NCBI GenBank assembly: GCA_019244185.1
Contig: JAFATB010000006.1
Location: 160,001 to 224,000, forward strand
Reading direction: 5' to 3'
Length of the DNA stretch: 64,000 bases
Source: Acidobacteriota bacterium
GTDB taxonomy: Bacteria; Acidobacteriota; Thermoanaerobaculia; Gp7-AA8
Under the pieces are notes generated by a model. It had not been told where the DNA came from, made no database searches, and was given only the letters and a program-made list of their open reading frames with translations. Position numbers and translations under genes: made by a program. Below, one piece after another: positions 10,845 through 20,331 of this stretch (its first letter is position 1; each line of letters opens with the position of its first letter).

Positions 10845-11202
10845 GCAGTCCTCCAGAATGGCGTGGTTAGCATTCTAGCTGGGTGGTGCGATTGCTGTCC
10901 CAAGGGACGGATGAATGAGTGTCCCGCTTCGCGGGGCTGATTGGATTGCCCGCGCTGCTGCGCGGGAAGGTGGGAACCCGCCTGCGGGCGGGGATACGGT
11001 GGGGAAAAGGGGGGAAATGAAGCGTGAAGCGAAAGGTGTGAAGCAAGACCTGCGGAGGGTCCGAAGTAGTGCGCGCAGCGGACGTTAGACGGAGTTCACG
11101 TGCCGTTGGTCGCGAACGGATCAGCGATCACGCGCTGCCGCGACGCGCGGAATCGGAAGTTAAGCGGAAGCAGTGAGTTGGACTTCTTTCACGCGTCTTG
11201 TT

Positions 11203-12579
11203 TCACACGGCCTGTTTTGTTTCACGCGGTGGCAGTTCTTGTTTCACGCTTGCCGCGGGCGGCAACGCGGCCGTCGGGAGCGTCATGCCGTTGGACGCAA
11301 TGTTCTGCGCACCCGTCTCGTGCAGCGCGACCGCCTTCAGGGTCTTGCCCAGGCCGGCCGCATGCACCGCACGGGCTGCTTCGTCAACGAGTCCACGATC
11401 CACGAGTACTTTGAAGAGGCTGCGCAGGAGGTGCTCCTTCGCGTCGTGAAGTTGCTGGTGCTCGTACGCCTTCTGCAGGTTGATGACCGCGTTGCACGTC
11501 GTGCAGTAGTCGTTCGTCGGCGCGTTCAGGGCGTGGCAGCGGTAGCACGTGATCGCACGCAGCTCGTCGGTGACTTCGCGCTGCTGGACCAGGTTGTTCT
11601 CGCGTAGGATTGCCGCGTTCGCATCGCTGGCAAGCAGGTGCGCGTACGTCGCGAGCTGCTCGCTGTTCGGGCTCCACCCGAAGTAGGCCTTCGCCTGCGC
11701 CTCCGTCATCAGGCCGCTGGCGAGCACGTAGGTGGCGCGTGAGTGCCGGAAGAGGTGTGGGTAGACGCGCTTGGTGATCCCGGCCTGGACAAAGTAGTCG
11801 TGGATGAGTTTGCGCAGCGCTTGGTAGAGGACCGGCAGTGGCTTCGTGCACTGCTGGCGCACCCAGAGGGGTGCCTCGGGGTCGGTTTTGAACGGATGGT
11901 TGTTCAGCCACTGCGCCAGGAGCGGCGCACTACTGACGATGAGGGGGCTGCGTACGCCCGTCTTGCCGTTCACTTCCAGGGTGTACCCGACGCTTGCCGC
12001 GACCGCGTCTTTGATCTGGCGGTTGCCGATCTCGGCGATGCGTCCGCCGGTCTCCCAGAGGATCGCGAGGAGTGCTTTGTCGCGCGGGTTGCGGGCGACG
12101 GTGATGACGCGCTCCACGTCGGCCGGCGTGAGCAACTCGTTGCGTTGCAGCTTCTTCTTCTCCTTCGTGCGCACGTGCGTGGTAATCCAGCTCACGAGGA
12201 GGGGGACGCTGGCGCGCCGTCCGAAGTCGGCGGGATTGTTCAGCCACGTGTAGAACCGCTTGATGATCGCCTTGTACGTGCTGATCGTCTCCGCGCTATA
12301 CGGTGGTTGTCGGGTCATCCAGTGCGTGACGAGCGCTTGCAAGTCTTCTCGCGTCGCCTGATCGAGGTCTTTCCTGAGTTGCCGGGCGGCGAGCAGCAGG
12401 ACGCCCATCGTGCGAATCAAGCGGACTTTGCCGCAGGTTTGCTGCAGCAAGGACGCGCCGCAGAACTGCATGATCAGGTCTTTGCTGTGCGGACTGAGGT
12501 CGCTGTTGCGGATCTGGGTTTCCGTGCGGGCGTAGAGCGCGCTGTAGTTGTGGATGTCGATGGTCACGTGCTCTCTCAT
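11203..12579 (-). CDS. tyrosine recombinase/integrase with C-terminal zinc ribbon (archaeal type)
   Basis: ETGGRIAE (R), GKTG (K), HLFRHSRAT (HxxR), FGW, TYAHL (Y); CYRC...CTTC tail; GGAGGAG RBS before ATG 12579. Confidence 0.92.
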   Translation of the reverse strand: MREHVTIDIHNYSALYARTETQIRNSDLSPHSKDLIMQFCGASLLQQTCGKVRLIRTMGVLLLAARQLRKDLDQATREDLQALVTHWMTRQPPYSAETISTYKAIIKRFYTWLNNPADFGRRASVPLLVSWITTHVRTKEKKKLQRNELLTPADVERVITVARNPRDKALLAILWETGGRIAEIGNRQIKDAVAASVGYTLEVNGKTGVRSPLIVSSAPLLAQWLNNHPFKTDPEAPLWVRQQCTKPLPVLYQALRKLIHDYFVQAGITKRVYPHLFRHSRATYVLASGLMTEAQAKAYFGWSPNSEQLATYAHLLASDANAAILRENNLVQQREVTDELRAITCYRCHALNAPTNDYCTTCNAVINLQKAYEHQQLHDAKEHLLRSLFKVLVDRGLVDEAARAVHAAGLGKTLKAVALHETGAQNIASNGMTLPTAALPPAASVKQELPPRETKQAV

Positions 12580-12898
12580 TGGTACTCCTCCTTTTTTAAG
12601 GGCACGTGACACCGCCGCGGGTGTAGCGGGATGCGGATGCAACGCGCGTCGCATCGAACGCCACCCGGCCAAATCACCGGTCGGCGGCGCAGCAGCGGTA
12701 GAACGCCGACGCTCAACGAATCAGCGCTAATCGCACGTTACCGCCCTCCGCGAGCGCAGCATCGCGGCGGATCATGTGCCGTTTCGCAGGTGGCGGTGAA
12801 CCAACTATTTAGATCTTTCGCTTGCGCGTCTGACGCGCGCGTTAGGCGCAATGTCATGCGCATGAAAGAAAAGAGAAAAAGAGAAAAGGTAGGAGGCC

Positions 12899-13123
12899 TC
12901 AGCGTTGTCGCTTCGCACGTCGCGTTGGTGCTCGTGACTTGCTCGGCTGCGGCGTCGTCACGCGCTGCGCCCGCTGCAAGTTCACGTTGAAGAGTCGATC
13001 GCACGTGTCAGCTACGGTCTCGTCGTGCACCATGACGAATTGTTCATCGTGGTGCGTGGCGAGGTGGGTGACGGTTTCTTCGAGTTGCGAGACACGCGAG
13101 ATGATGTCGTCGATCTTCGTCAT
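12899..13123 (-). CDS. small hypothetical protein
   Basis: ATGA overlap with the methyltransferase stop; GGAGG RBS. Confidence 0.5.
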   Translation of the reverse strand: MTKIDDIISRVSQLEETVTHLATHHDEQFVMVHDETVADTCDRLFNVNLQRAQRVTTPQPSKSRAPTRRAKRQR

Positions 13124-13881
13124 GCGACCTTCACCTCCGATGCGGCGGTCGGCGCCTTGGGTTTCGCTGCGCGCTTGTGGGTCGGCTTCTTCGGTGGTGC
13201 CGGTGGTACGGCATCGTCGCTGGTCGCTGGTGTGATCTCGTCCGGCCCTTGTTCCTCGTCGCTCACCGTGGGTGTTGCGGATGTCGGTTCTGGTTCGGGC
13301 GTTTTCAGGCGACTCTGTGCGATCTGTGCGTACTCGGGGTTGATCTCCGCGGCGATGAAGTGGCGCTTCATCTGCTGGCAGGCGACTGCGGTCGTGCCGC
13401 TGCCCACGAACGGGTCGTAGATGGTTTCGCCTTCTGCTGTGTACTGTTCCAAGAGGTAGCGCAAAAGACGTACGGGTTTCTGCGTTGGGTGTGGCTTCCA
13501 ATCATGGAGGCTGCGGTAGTCGAGGATGGGGATGCTCCAGACGCGGCTGACCTTCTGCTTGGCTTCCTTGCTCCAGCACACGACGACTTCGTAGTGCGTG
13601 ATGCTGCGTGCGTCGGGCTTGTGCCAGACGTGTCGTGCGACCTCGTGCCATCCTGCTGGTGGTGGTGGCACGTCGAAAGGGTTCCAGAAGAACACCACGA
13701 ACTTCTTCGCTTTCTTGCACGCGAGGTAGAGCATGGCCAGGCCGTCGACGAGTTGCTCGTCGAAGAGGTTCATGCGGTTCGGGTACGGCGGGTCCGTGAT
13801 GACCGCGTCGATACTGTCGTTCGGTAGCTGTGTCGTTGCGCTAAAACAATCCAGGTTGTGTACTTTGTCGAGTTCTAACAT
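13120..13881 (-). CDS. N4/N6 DNA methyltransferase (beta class), no cognate REase recognised
   Basis: ITDPPY precedes HPTQKP and DPFVGSGTT motifs. Confidence 0.92.
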   Translation of the reverse strand: MLELDKVHNLDCFSATTQLPNDSIDAVITDPPYPNRMNLFDEQLVDGLAMLYLACKKAKKFVVFFWNPFDVPPPPAGWHEVARHVWHKPDARSITHYEVVVCWSKEAKQKVSRVWSIPILDYRSLHDWKPHPTQKPVRLLRYLLEQYTAEGETIYDPFVGSGTTAVACQQMKRHFIAAEINPEYAQIAQSRLKTPEPEPTSATPTVSDEEQGPDEITPATSDDAVPPAPPKKPTHKRAAKPKAPTAASEVKVA

Positions 13882-14075
13882 CGGAAGGTGGGGGCGAGGC
13901 TATTTTGGCGACGGGGCCATCAAGGGGATGATTGGCCCGGTGGCGTGGAGCGCCTCGCCCCGCGTGTTTCATTCGTTGGTCACTGGGAGTGGTGAGGAGG
14001 AAGTGTCGGTACTATCCGGTTCGCCGAAGAGCTCAACGTAGCGTCGGTAGAGTGTGAGGATCCATTGCTCGTCCG

Positions 14076-14516
14076 TCATGCTTGTCCTCGCTTCGCGTAG
14101 GACCGTAGGCTGTCGATGAGTTGGAGGTAGTGCGCGACAAGTGGGCTGAACGTCATCTCCTCCTCCATGGTGAGGAGGTCGATGAGCGCCGTCACGACGA
14201 CGCTCATGCGTATCTGCAGCGCCTCATACGCATCATCACTGAAGTCCTTCGTGTCCCGTCCCTCGCGCAGCGTGGTCCAGAGTTGGACTTCCAGATCAGC
14301 GGCTTTGCGAAAGTGTTGCGGCGCTGCTTCCGCGAAGTACTCTTCAAACGTGTAGGGGAGTTCGGTGGCGTCAGCGAGTGCTTCGGTGAGGATGCGCGGG
14401 TTGAGCGCGTAGAACTCTCGGCGCCGCAGGTGCTTGCGTACGATCTCTGCCTGTTCGCGTCGCGTTGCGATTTGCGCCTTGAGGCGTTCCTGCTTGGTGA
14501 AGTGAAACCATGACAT
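14076..14516 (-). CDS. hypothetical protein
   Basis: 146-aa helical ORF in the same strand cluster. Confidence 0.55.
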   Translation of the reverse strand: MSWFHFTKQERLKAQIATRREQAEIVRKHLRRREFYALNPRILTEALADATELPYTFEEYFAEAAPQHFRKAADLEVQLWTTLREGRDTKDFSDDAYEALQIRMSVVVTALIDLLTMEEEMTFSPLVAHYLQLIDSLRSYAKRGQA

Positions 14517-14689
14517 GCGGACAACAATGGGCGTGGTCCTATTTAATTGCCATCGGACGCGTTAGGCGCAATGCGTGTCAGGCGGTGTACTGGTGATAAG
14601 CACCAGCGTCACCAGCCGTGCGGCTGTCATCTGATACTCCTTGCGTGTCGTGCGACTTTTATAAAAGTAAACCGTGATTCATCCGGCGC

Positions 14690-15745
14690 ATGGACGCCTT
14701 ACAGCAGAGTATCTTGCGGTTTCTCTTTGTGGTGCACCACGCCCCGCAAGCGCTTGGGACTGAAGAGCTGGCGCGCACCCTTGATGTTCCCGATGCGCGA
14801 ACACTCTACCGCTGGCAAGACGCATTCGCCGACGACCTGATCTACTTCCCGAGCGTGAGCTTTCGCGCGCTTGGGCTGGAGCATTGGCACCTCTTCGTCG
14901 ATGACCCAAGCACCGAATGGGAGAACTTTGCGTACGCCATCGCTGGCGAGTGGGTGACGAACCGGCCAGGACAGCGGACGCTGTACTTGCACTGTCTCGC
15001 GCCGATCAGCCATCGTGCCGCGTTCCGGCAGTTGCTCGATGATCGCAAGGATTACTCAGACCTGCGCGCAATCAGAACGGATGATGGGTGGCAGGTCATG
15101 CGTGACCTCTGTGATGCGGCCAGCGAGCTTGAGGCGATTCCGACGCTGGCATTGCATGAGGCGCCGCTGGTGTGGGATGTCGTGGAGCGTTTTCCGCTGC
15201 TCATCCCTGTCATCTTTGAGAATGTGGAGCAGCATCACTCGCTACCGGAACTGTGGCGACGCATCTGCCAGCGCTTGGGTGAACGCGTATGGACGTATCT
15301 GCCGCCCGGTGTAAGTCGCTTACCGAATAACGGCAAGGCGTACGTGAAGGATGCGTATGTCCTGCTGAACAACACGCAGCTCTTCCGGCAAAACATCGTG
15401 CGCTACCGACCGTTGGAGACCCTCGGAACACCGATGTTTCTGCATGTGCACAGCGCTGATCTCAAAGGGATCATTGCGGCGTTCGGCAAGCGCGCAAGTA
15501 CGCTCGACGTGTACCCGATCACCGACACAGAAGTCCTGTTGCGCGTGACGGCGACGCACGCAACACTGCAGTACGTGATGAGCAGCGTCAGCGATCTACC
15601 GCGCATCACTGATTGGTGCATGGTGGATGTACTCCATCCCAAACGCGTCACGGTGCGTTTTGCCTACGAGCTCCTCTTCGATCCCACGACCACCGAGTGG
15701 GTCTTCCCGCACGACCTGTTCAAGCAATTCCGGAGTGGAGCATGA
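14690..15745 (+). CDS. hypothetical protein with N-terminal HTH
   Basis: EELARTLDVPDARTLYRW HTH-like motif; first gene of a coupled 3-gene operon. Confidence 0.6.
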   Translation: MDALQQSILRFLFVVHHAPQALGTEELARTLDVPDARTLYRWQDAFADDLIYFPSVSFRALGLEHWHLFVDDPSTEWENFAYAIAGEWVTNRPGQRTLYLHCLAPISHRAAFRQLLDDRKDYSDLRAIRTDDGWQVMRDLCDAASELEAIPTLALHEAPLVWDVVERFPLLIPVIFENVEQHHSLPELWRRICQRLGERVWTYLPPGVSRLPNNGKAYVKDAYVLLNNTQLFRQNIVRYRPLETLGTPMFLHVHSADLKGIIAAFGKRASTLDVYPITDTEVLLRVTATHATLQYVMSSVSDLPRITDWCMVDVLHPKRVTVRFAYELLFDPTTTEWVFPHDLFKQFRSGA

Positions 15746-16143
15746 CGGAGAAGAAAGAGTTGGGAGCGGCGGCGATGACGGCCGCGCTGCATGGTGAGAA
15801 GACCGCCGTACTCGAACTGCAGCACGCGATGATCGGCGAAGAAATCAAAGCACGCGAAGCAATCAAGACGCGCAACCTCGCAGGCATCAAAGTAGACGAA
15901 GCAACGATCCGCGAGGAGCTGGTGCAACTCACGCCCGCACACGAGGGCGCAGCCGACGATCCCAACGCACGCAAAGAACGGCACCTGCTCGAACGTCAAG
16001 AGACTGAACTGCATCGTGAGGAACGAGCAGAAGAGCGCGCAGCGTGGACCGACGAACAACCGCTCACGCGTGAAGATCGCGAGATTCACAAGGTCACTCT
16101 CGAGCAGGAACAGCGACGCAAGCGCATCGATGAGCTGATGTGA
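15742..16143 (+). CDS. coiled-coil protein
   Basis: ATGA overlap; E/R-rich heptads. Confidence 0.6.
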   Translation: MTEKKELGAAAMTAALHGEKTAVLELQHAMIGEEIKAREAIKTRNLAGIKVDEATIREELVQLTPAHEGAADDPNARKERHLLERQETELHREERAEERAAWTDEQPLTREDREIHKVTLEQEQRRKRIDELM

Positions 16144-16144
16144 A

Positions 16145-18079
16145 TTGCTGCCGGATCTCTTCCGCAAGCTCAAGCCGCTCTACGGGACAGCGATCGACCT
16201 CTTATGGATCGAGTACCAGACCGCTGATGTTGAGCGCAAGCGTGAGATCGAGGAGTACCTCACGCTCCTCGGCGTGAAGAAACTCGGTCTGGCGGTTGGT
16301 GATGAGAAGCTGGTGCTCGACGCACCGCCAGCGGCTCTCATCGGCGATGGTGAGTTCACGATCGGCATGGTGAGCTACCCGAGCATCCCGCCGTATCCAT
16401 TCCGCGTTAAGCGCAATGAACTCTTGCGGCATATCTTCATCCTCGGGCCGACCGGAACAGGCAAGAGCACGCTGCTCCTGGGCCTCCTCGTGCAGATTCA
16501 AGCCGCACGAATTCCGTTCATGGTCTTCGACTTCAAACGGAACTACCGCTGCCTCCTCCGAGCAACAGGCAACGAATCACTTGCCGTGTTCACTGTTGGA
16601 CGCAACACTGCACCACTATCGATCAACGCGCTCACCCCACCACCCGGCGTGGAGTACGAAGAATGGGCCGAAGCACTCTCCGACATCATCAGCACCAGCT
16701 ATCTGCTCCTGCAAGGCGCGCGCAACGTGATGAAGGAAGCGTTGCTGCAGGCGCACGCGCAGCACGGCCGTACCGCGACACTCGTGCACGCGTACGAGCT
16801 GCTCGCGCGCGAGTTAGACGCAACGAAAAGCGGCAGCCGACGCTATGGCTGGCTCGAAAGCTCGACACGAAGCTTGGAGGAACTCACGAAGGGCAACTTT
16901 GGCCGAGCGTTAAACGCAACGAGCGGCACGCCGGTCGCGGATTTGCTCACACATCCCGTCGTCTTCGAATTGCAGGGGTTCGGCGATGACCAGAAGCGCT
17001 TCTTCTGCCTCCTGTGGCTGGAAATTATCCTGCTCCTGCGCAAGAACAGCAGCGCTCCACGTGAGCAGTTGCAGCACGTCCTCATCTTCGATGAGGGCCA
17101 CAACGTGTTTCCGCGCGAGCGCCCCGGTGAGGTGAGCGTCCCGGCGCGGCTCGCGCGCGAGGTGCGCGAGTTCGGCGAAGCGATCATCGCGGCGACGCAG
17201 CAAGCGGATGTGAGCGAATCGCTCATCGCGAACAGCGGGTTCAAACTTATCCTCCGCTGCGACTACCCCAAGGACGTCACGTTCGCCAGCCAACTCCTGC
17301 AGATCGAACCGCGCTGGCTCCCCAAGCTCCCCATCGGCACCGGCATCGCACGACTGCCCGTCCGTTTCTACAGCCCGATTCTCTTCACGTTCGGCGTGCA
17401 GGCGATTAAGAACCACACGATCACCGATGACGAGGTGCGCACGCAATGGCAACGCATGCAGCCAGCGGCGTCGGATGTTGCTGGCACTCAATCAACTGCG
17501 GCGGCGGTGAGTGAGCGGGAAGAGGCGCTCCTACGGGATGTGGCGATGATACCTATCAGTCCGATTACGCAGCGGTACAAGCGGCTGGGGTGGCACGTCG
17601 ACGCGGGAAACCGCGCGAAGGACGGCATTATCAAGCGCGGGCTGGCGCGGTTCGACGCGGTGAGCACGCCGCGCGGTCAGGTGAAGATTCTCACGCTCAC
17701 GACTGAAGGAGTCACAGCGCTCGTGGCACGCGGCGTCGTCGCGCAGCGCGCGCGCAGCGGTGGAGCAGAACACGAATTCTGGAAGCATGAGCTGCGTCAG
17801 GTCCTCGAACGCCACGGTTGGAGTGTGAACGAGGAGTTCGCGCTTGGCGGCGGCAAGACCGCCGACCTACGCGCAGAGCGAGATCATCACGTGCTCTTTG
17901 TGGAAGTAGAAACGGGGCGATCGGACATCGCGGCCAACGTCGCGAAGTACCCACCGAGTGCTGCCCTCGTGATGTTCTTCACGAGCGCGGACGTCGCGGC
18001 GCAGTACCGGCCGCTGATTGCGCTCGATCGGCCGGCGACGCGCTGCATCACGCCCGCGGACATGGACCAGCTCACCTGA
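16145..18079 (+). CDS. HerA/FtsK-superfamily (DUF87-like) ATPase with C-terminal PD-(D/E)XK-like domain
   Basis: HIFILGPTGTGKS, FDFK, LIFDEGH, ATQQ; tail EH..W...ADL...VEVETG. Confidence 0.85.
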   Translation: MLPDLFRKLKPLYGTAIDLLWIEYQTADVERKREIEEYLTLLGVKKLGLAVGDEKLVLDAPPAALIGDGEFTIGMVSYPSIPPYPFRVKRNELLRHIFILGPTGTGKSTLLLGLLVQIQAARIPFMVFDFKRNYRCLLRATGNESLAVFTVGRNTAPLSINALTPPPGVEYEEWAEALSDIISTSYLLLQGARNVMKEALLQAHAQHGRTATLVHAYELLARELDATKSGSRRYGWLESSTRSLEELTKGNFGRALNATSGTPVADLLTHPVVFELQGFGDDQKRFFCLLWLEIILLLRKNSSAPREQLQHVLIFDEGHNVFPRERPGEVSVPARLAREVREFGEAIIAATQQADVSESLIANSGFKLILRCDYPKDVTFASQLLQIEPRWLPKLPIGTGIARLPVRFYSPILFTFGVQAIKNHTITDDEVRTQWQRMQPAASDVAGTQSTAAAVSEREEALLRDVAMIPISPITQRYKRLGWHVDAGNRAKDGIIKRGLARFDAVSTPRGQVKILTLTTEGVTALVARGVVAQRARSGGAEHEFWKHELRQVLERHGWSVNEEFALGGGKTADLRAERDHHVLFVEVETGRSDIAANVAKYPPSAALVMFFTSADVAAQYRPLIALDRPATRCITPADMDQLT

Positions 18080-18199
18080 ACAATTGGTGTTTCTTGCTCC
18101 GCAGAGCGTGGCGTGCGGTCATTCTGGTCTCTGACGGTGTTTCGGCTTCCCGATAAAGTGCAAGTCACGAAAAGGTGCGAAACGCCATCCGGGCGCACG

Positions 18200-18242
18200 A
18201 AAAACCATTACGAGCCGTCGTGGACTTCAAGGTACGAACAAG
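18200..18242 (+). promoter_or_regulatory. bipartite repeat copy 1 (AAAAACCATTACGAG-N12-TCAAGGTACGAACAAG)
   Basis: Both blocks and the spacing are identical at 18666-18708. Confidence 0.6.
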
Positions 18243-18327
18243 CGTGCCACGACGAAGCACACGTTCCCCCCGACGTACGGCGTCTGGAGGAACGATCGTC
18301 CAAGCGACCAGCATCCTGTCCCAAGGT

Positions 18328-18654
18328 ATGCCGCTGATCGAGACCGACGAGTGTGCCATCGTCCCCGCTGACAAGATCGGCCCTGGAGAACTCGTGTTCC
18401 GCGTCGCGGGCGACATCCCCGACGTCGGACTCGCGGATCGCGACCTCCTCATCGTCGAGCCGCGCACCAATGCCGACGCGGCGAGCGGCGAATTCGTCAT
18501 CGCCACACTCGCCAATGACGCGTTCATCGGCCGGTACTGGAAAAAGCACGGCGCACGCTCACTACTCGACGGCGCGTTCCACGTCATCGCCCAAGGCCCG
18601 GCCCTACGGGTGCTCGGCGCGGTGACGCTCATCCTCCGCGACGAAACCCACTGA
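18328..18654 (+). CDS. degenerate S24/LexA-CTD-like protein without HTH
   Basis: FRVAGD(IP)..GL.DRDLLIVEP...GEFVIA...RVLGAV; catalytic Ser absent. Confidence 0.6.
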   Translation: MPLIETDECAIVPADKIGPGELVFRVAGDIPDVGLADRDLLIVEPRTNADAASGEFVIATLANDAFIGRYWKKHGARSLLDGAFHVIAQGPALRVLGAVTLILRDETH

Positions 18655-18665
18655 AAACACGCGGC

Positions 18666-18708
18666 AAAAACCATTACGAGAAGCCCGCTTGATCAAGGTA
18701 CGAACAAG
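18666..18708 (+). promoter_or_regulatory. bipartite repeat copy 2
   Basis: See 18200-18242. Confidence 0.6.
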
Positions 18709-18813
18709 TGTCTTGAGAGAACCGGTCGACATCCCGTCCTGCGCAGCGCGATTCGCCAGCGAAACATCGACCTTCCTTCTCCCGAGCGCGAACACCCAGC
18801 GGAAAGGAAATGA

Positions 18814-19809
18814 GTGATGGATGATTGCGAATACCTCGGCACGCTCGAACGCGATCCTGATGGGACGGTGCGCATCCGCCGACCGCACATCCCACCAGCA
18901 CCCGCACGCACGAAACAGCCAATTCAAATCCCGTTAAGTGTCGAGCGGCAGGTCGCACGCGGCAGCGTGTACGTGACGACGGTAATCGGGGACAGCATGC
19001 AACCCACCATCCTCGACAACGACGTAGTCATCGTCTCCACGAGCCGTTCGCCCCGGCATCGGGACATCGTCGTCATCAGAGCCAAGGGCCCGCATCCCGT
19101 CTACGGCCCCATCGACGGCTACGTATGGCGGTACGACGCGCGCACCGGCGACTTGGGGAAAGACAATCCCCACTACCGCGACCGGCAACCCGTGATGCGC
19201 GAGGAGATCATGGGTGTCGTCACGCGCATCCTTCCCCGTGCATACCGCGACGAGCAGGAAAACTACCTGCGCATCCAGCAACACCGCGCACTCTCACAAG
19301 CATGCAAGCTCACCGATCCGCCAGACCTCGGGTTCTACCGCGAGCGCGATCTGCGCGAGCTCCGCACGATCTTTCAGATACCTGAATCTGAACTCGTCAA
19401 GAGCCGGCTCCCCTGGGGACTCTTCCGCGCAACCACGATCGCCAACCATCCCCACGTCGGTATCACGACACAAGACGTCCTCACCGTCGAGCCCACAATC
19501 GAAAGCTGTATCGGACAACTCGTCGTCAAACGCAACAAGGACGGAGAAACGATCCTCGGCATCCTACAGCGCGACGGCCTGCGCTCACGCTATCCCGGCG
19601 AGTTCTTCATCGAAACCGACGAACGACGCATCAACGTCTCACGCGACGACGGCCGCTATCCCCTCTACCGCGCCATCGCCGTCATCAAACGCATCCAACG
19701 ACGCGGCGTCGTCATTCGCCTGCCGCAATGGACGATCAGCGTAACGGCGCACCCAGAGGCTCGCCCGCAGGAACCGGCAGGCGTGCGCGGCGCGGGAGGA
19801 AGACGATGA
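18814..19809 (+). CDS. S24 peptidase-like protein, probably two S24-like domains
   Basis: VIGDSMQPTILDNDVVIV...DNPHY...IMGVV; second diverged copy (GITTQDVLTVEP...GQLVV). Confidence 0.7.
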   Translation: MMDDCEYLGTLERDPDGTVRIRRPHIPPAPARTKQPIQIPLSVERQVARGSVYVTTVIGDSMQPTILDNDVVIVSTSRSPRHRDIVVIRAKGPHPVYGPIDGYVWRYDARTGDLGKDNPHYRDRQPVMREEIMGVVTRILPRAYRDEQENYLRIQQHRALSQACKLTDPPDLGFYRERDLRELRTIFQIPESELVKSRLPWGLFRATTIANHPHVGITTQDVLTVEPTIESCIGQLVVKRNKDGETILGILQRDGLRSRYPGEFFIETDERRINVSRDDGRYPLYRAIAVIKRIQRRGVVIRLPQWTISVTAHPEARPQEPAGVRGAGGRR

Positions 19810-20279
19810 GCCACGAGTGCACGCGCCGCAGCCTGCTCCAACTCCTCGGCATCACGATCGGCGCAGCCGCCGTCATCCCCGCACACGCACAGCAACTCGT
19901 GGTCGAACCAAGCGGCGATGAACCGATCGAGACCGACCAACCGTTGTCCGACCCCACACGCTTGGAGCGATACATCCGGTCACACGGCATCAAGCCAGCG
20001 CATCTCGCGCGCGAATCCGGCTACTCACGACAGCACCTCCTACGCCTGCGCTTCGGTCGCATGCGCCCATCGCTCACCTGCATCGCAGCACTCGTCATCG
20101 CACTACGCCGACTCACCAACAAGCGTGTCACTCCTGAAGACCTCGTCGAACCCGACGACATTCACCTGGCGTGGCGAGAGGCGCGCGGCCAGCGCTTCGA
20201 GGAGCACGAACAAGAAGAACTGCGCGCCGCATTCGGCCGACGAACGTTACGCGCGCTCCTCAACGGAGCACGGTCATGA
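19806..20279 (+). CDS. XRE-like HTH protein with Tat-signal-like N-terminus
   Basis: TRRSLLQLLG...AHA; KPAHLARESGYSRQHLLRLRFG HTH; ATGA overlap. Confidence 0.65.
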   Translation: MSHECTRRSLLQLLGITIGAAAVIPAHAQQLVVEPSGDEPIETDQPLSDPTRLERYIRSHGIKPAHLARESGYSRQHLLRLRFGRMRPSLTCIAALVIALRRLTNKRVTPEDLVEPDDIHLAWREARGQRFEEHEQEELRAAFGRRTLRALLNGARS

Positions 20280-20331
20280 CAAGCGAGCATCACCTGTCAT
20301 TCAAGCGCGGATGCGACCTCAGAGAACGAGC

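Noticed and set aside
13120-13881. Complete type II restriction-modification system
   Set aside because: No adjacent recognisable restriction endonuclease
18200-18708. CRISPR array
   Set aside because: Only two copies, 466 bp apart with a gene between them; no cas genes
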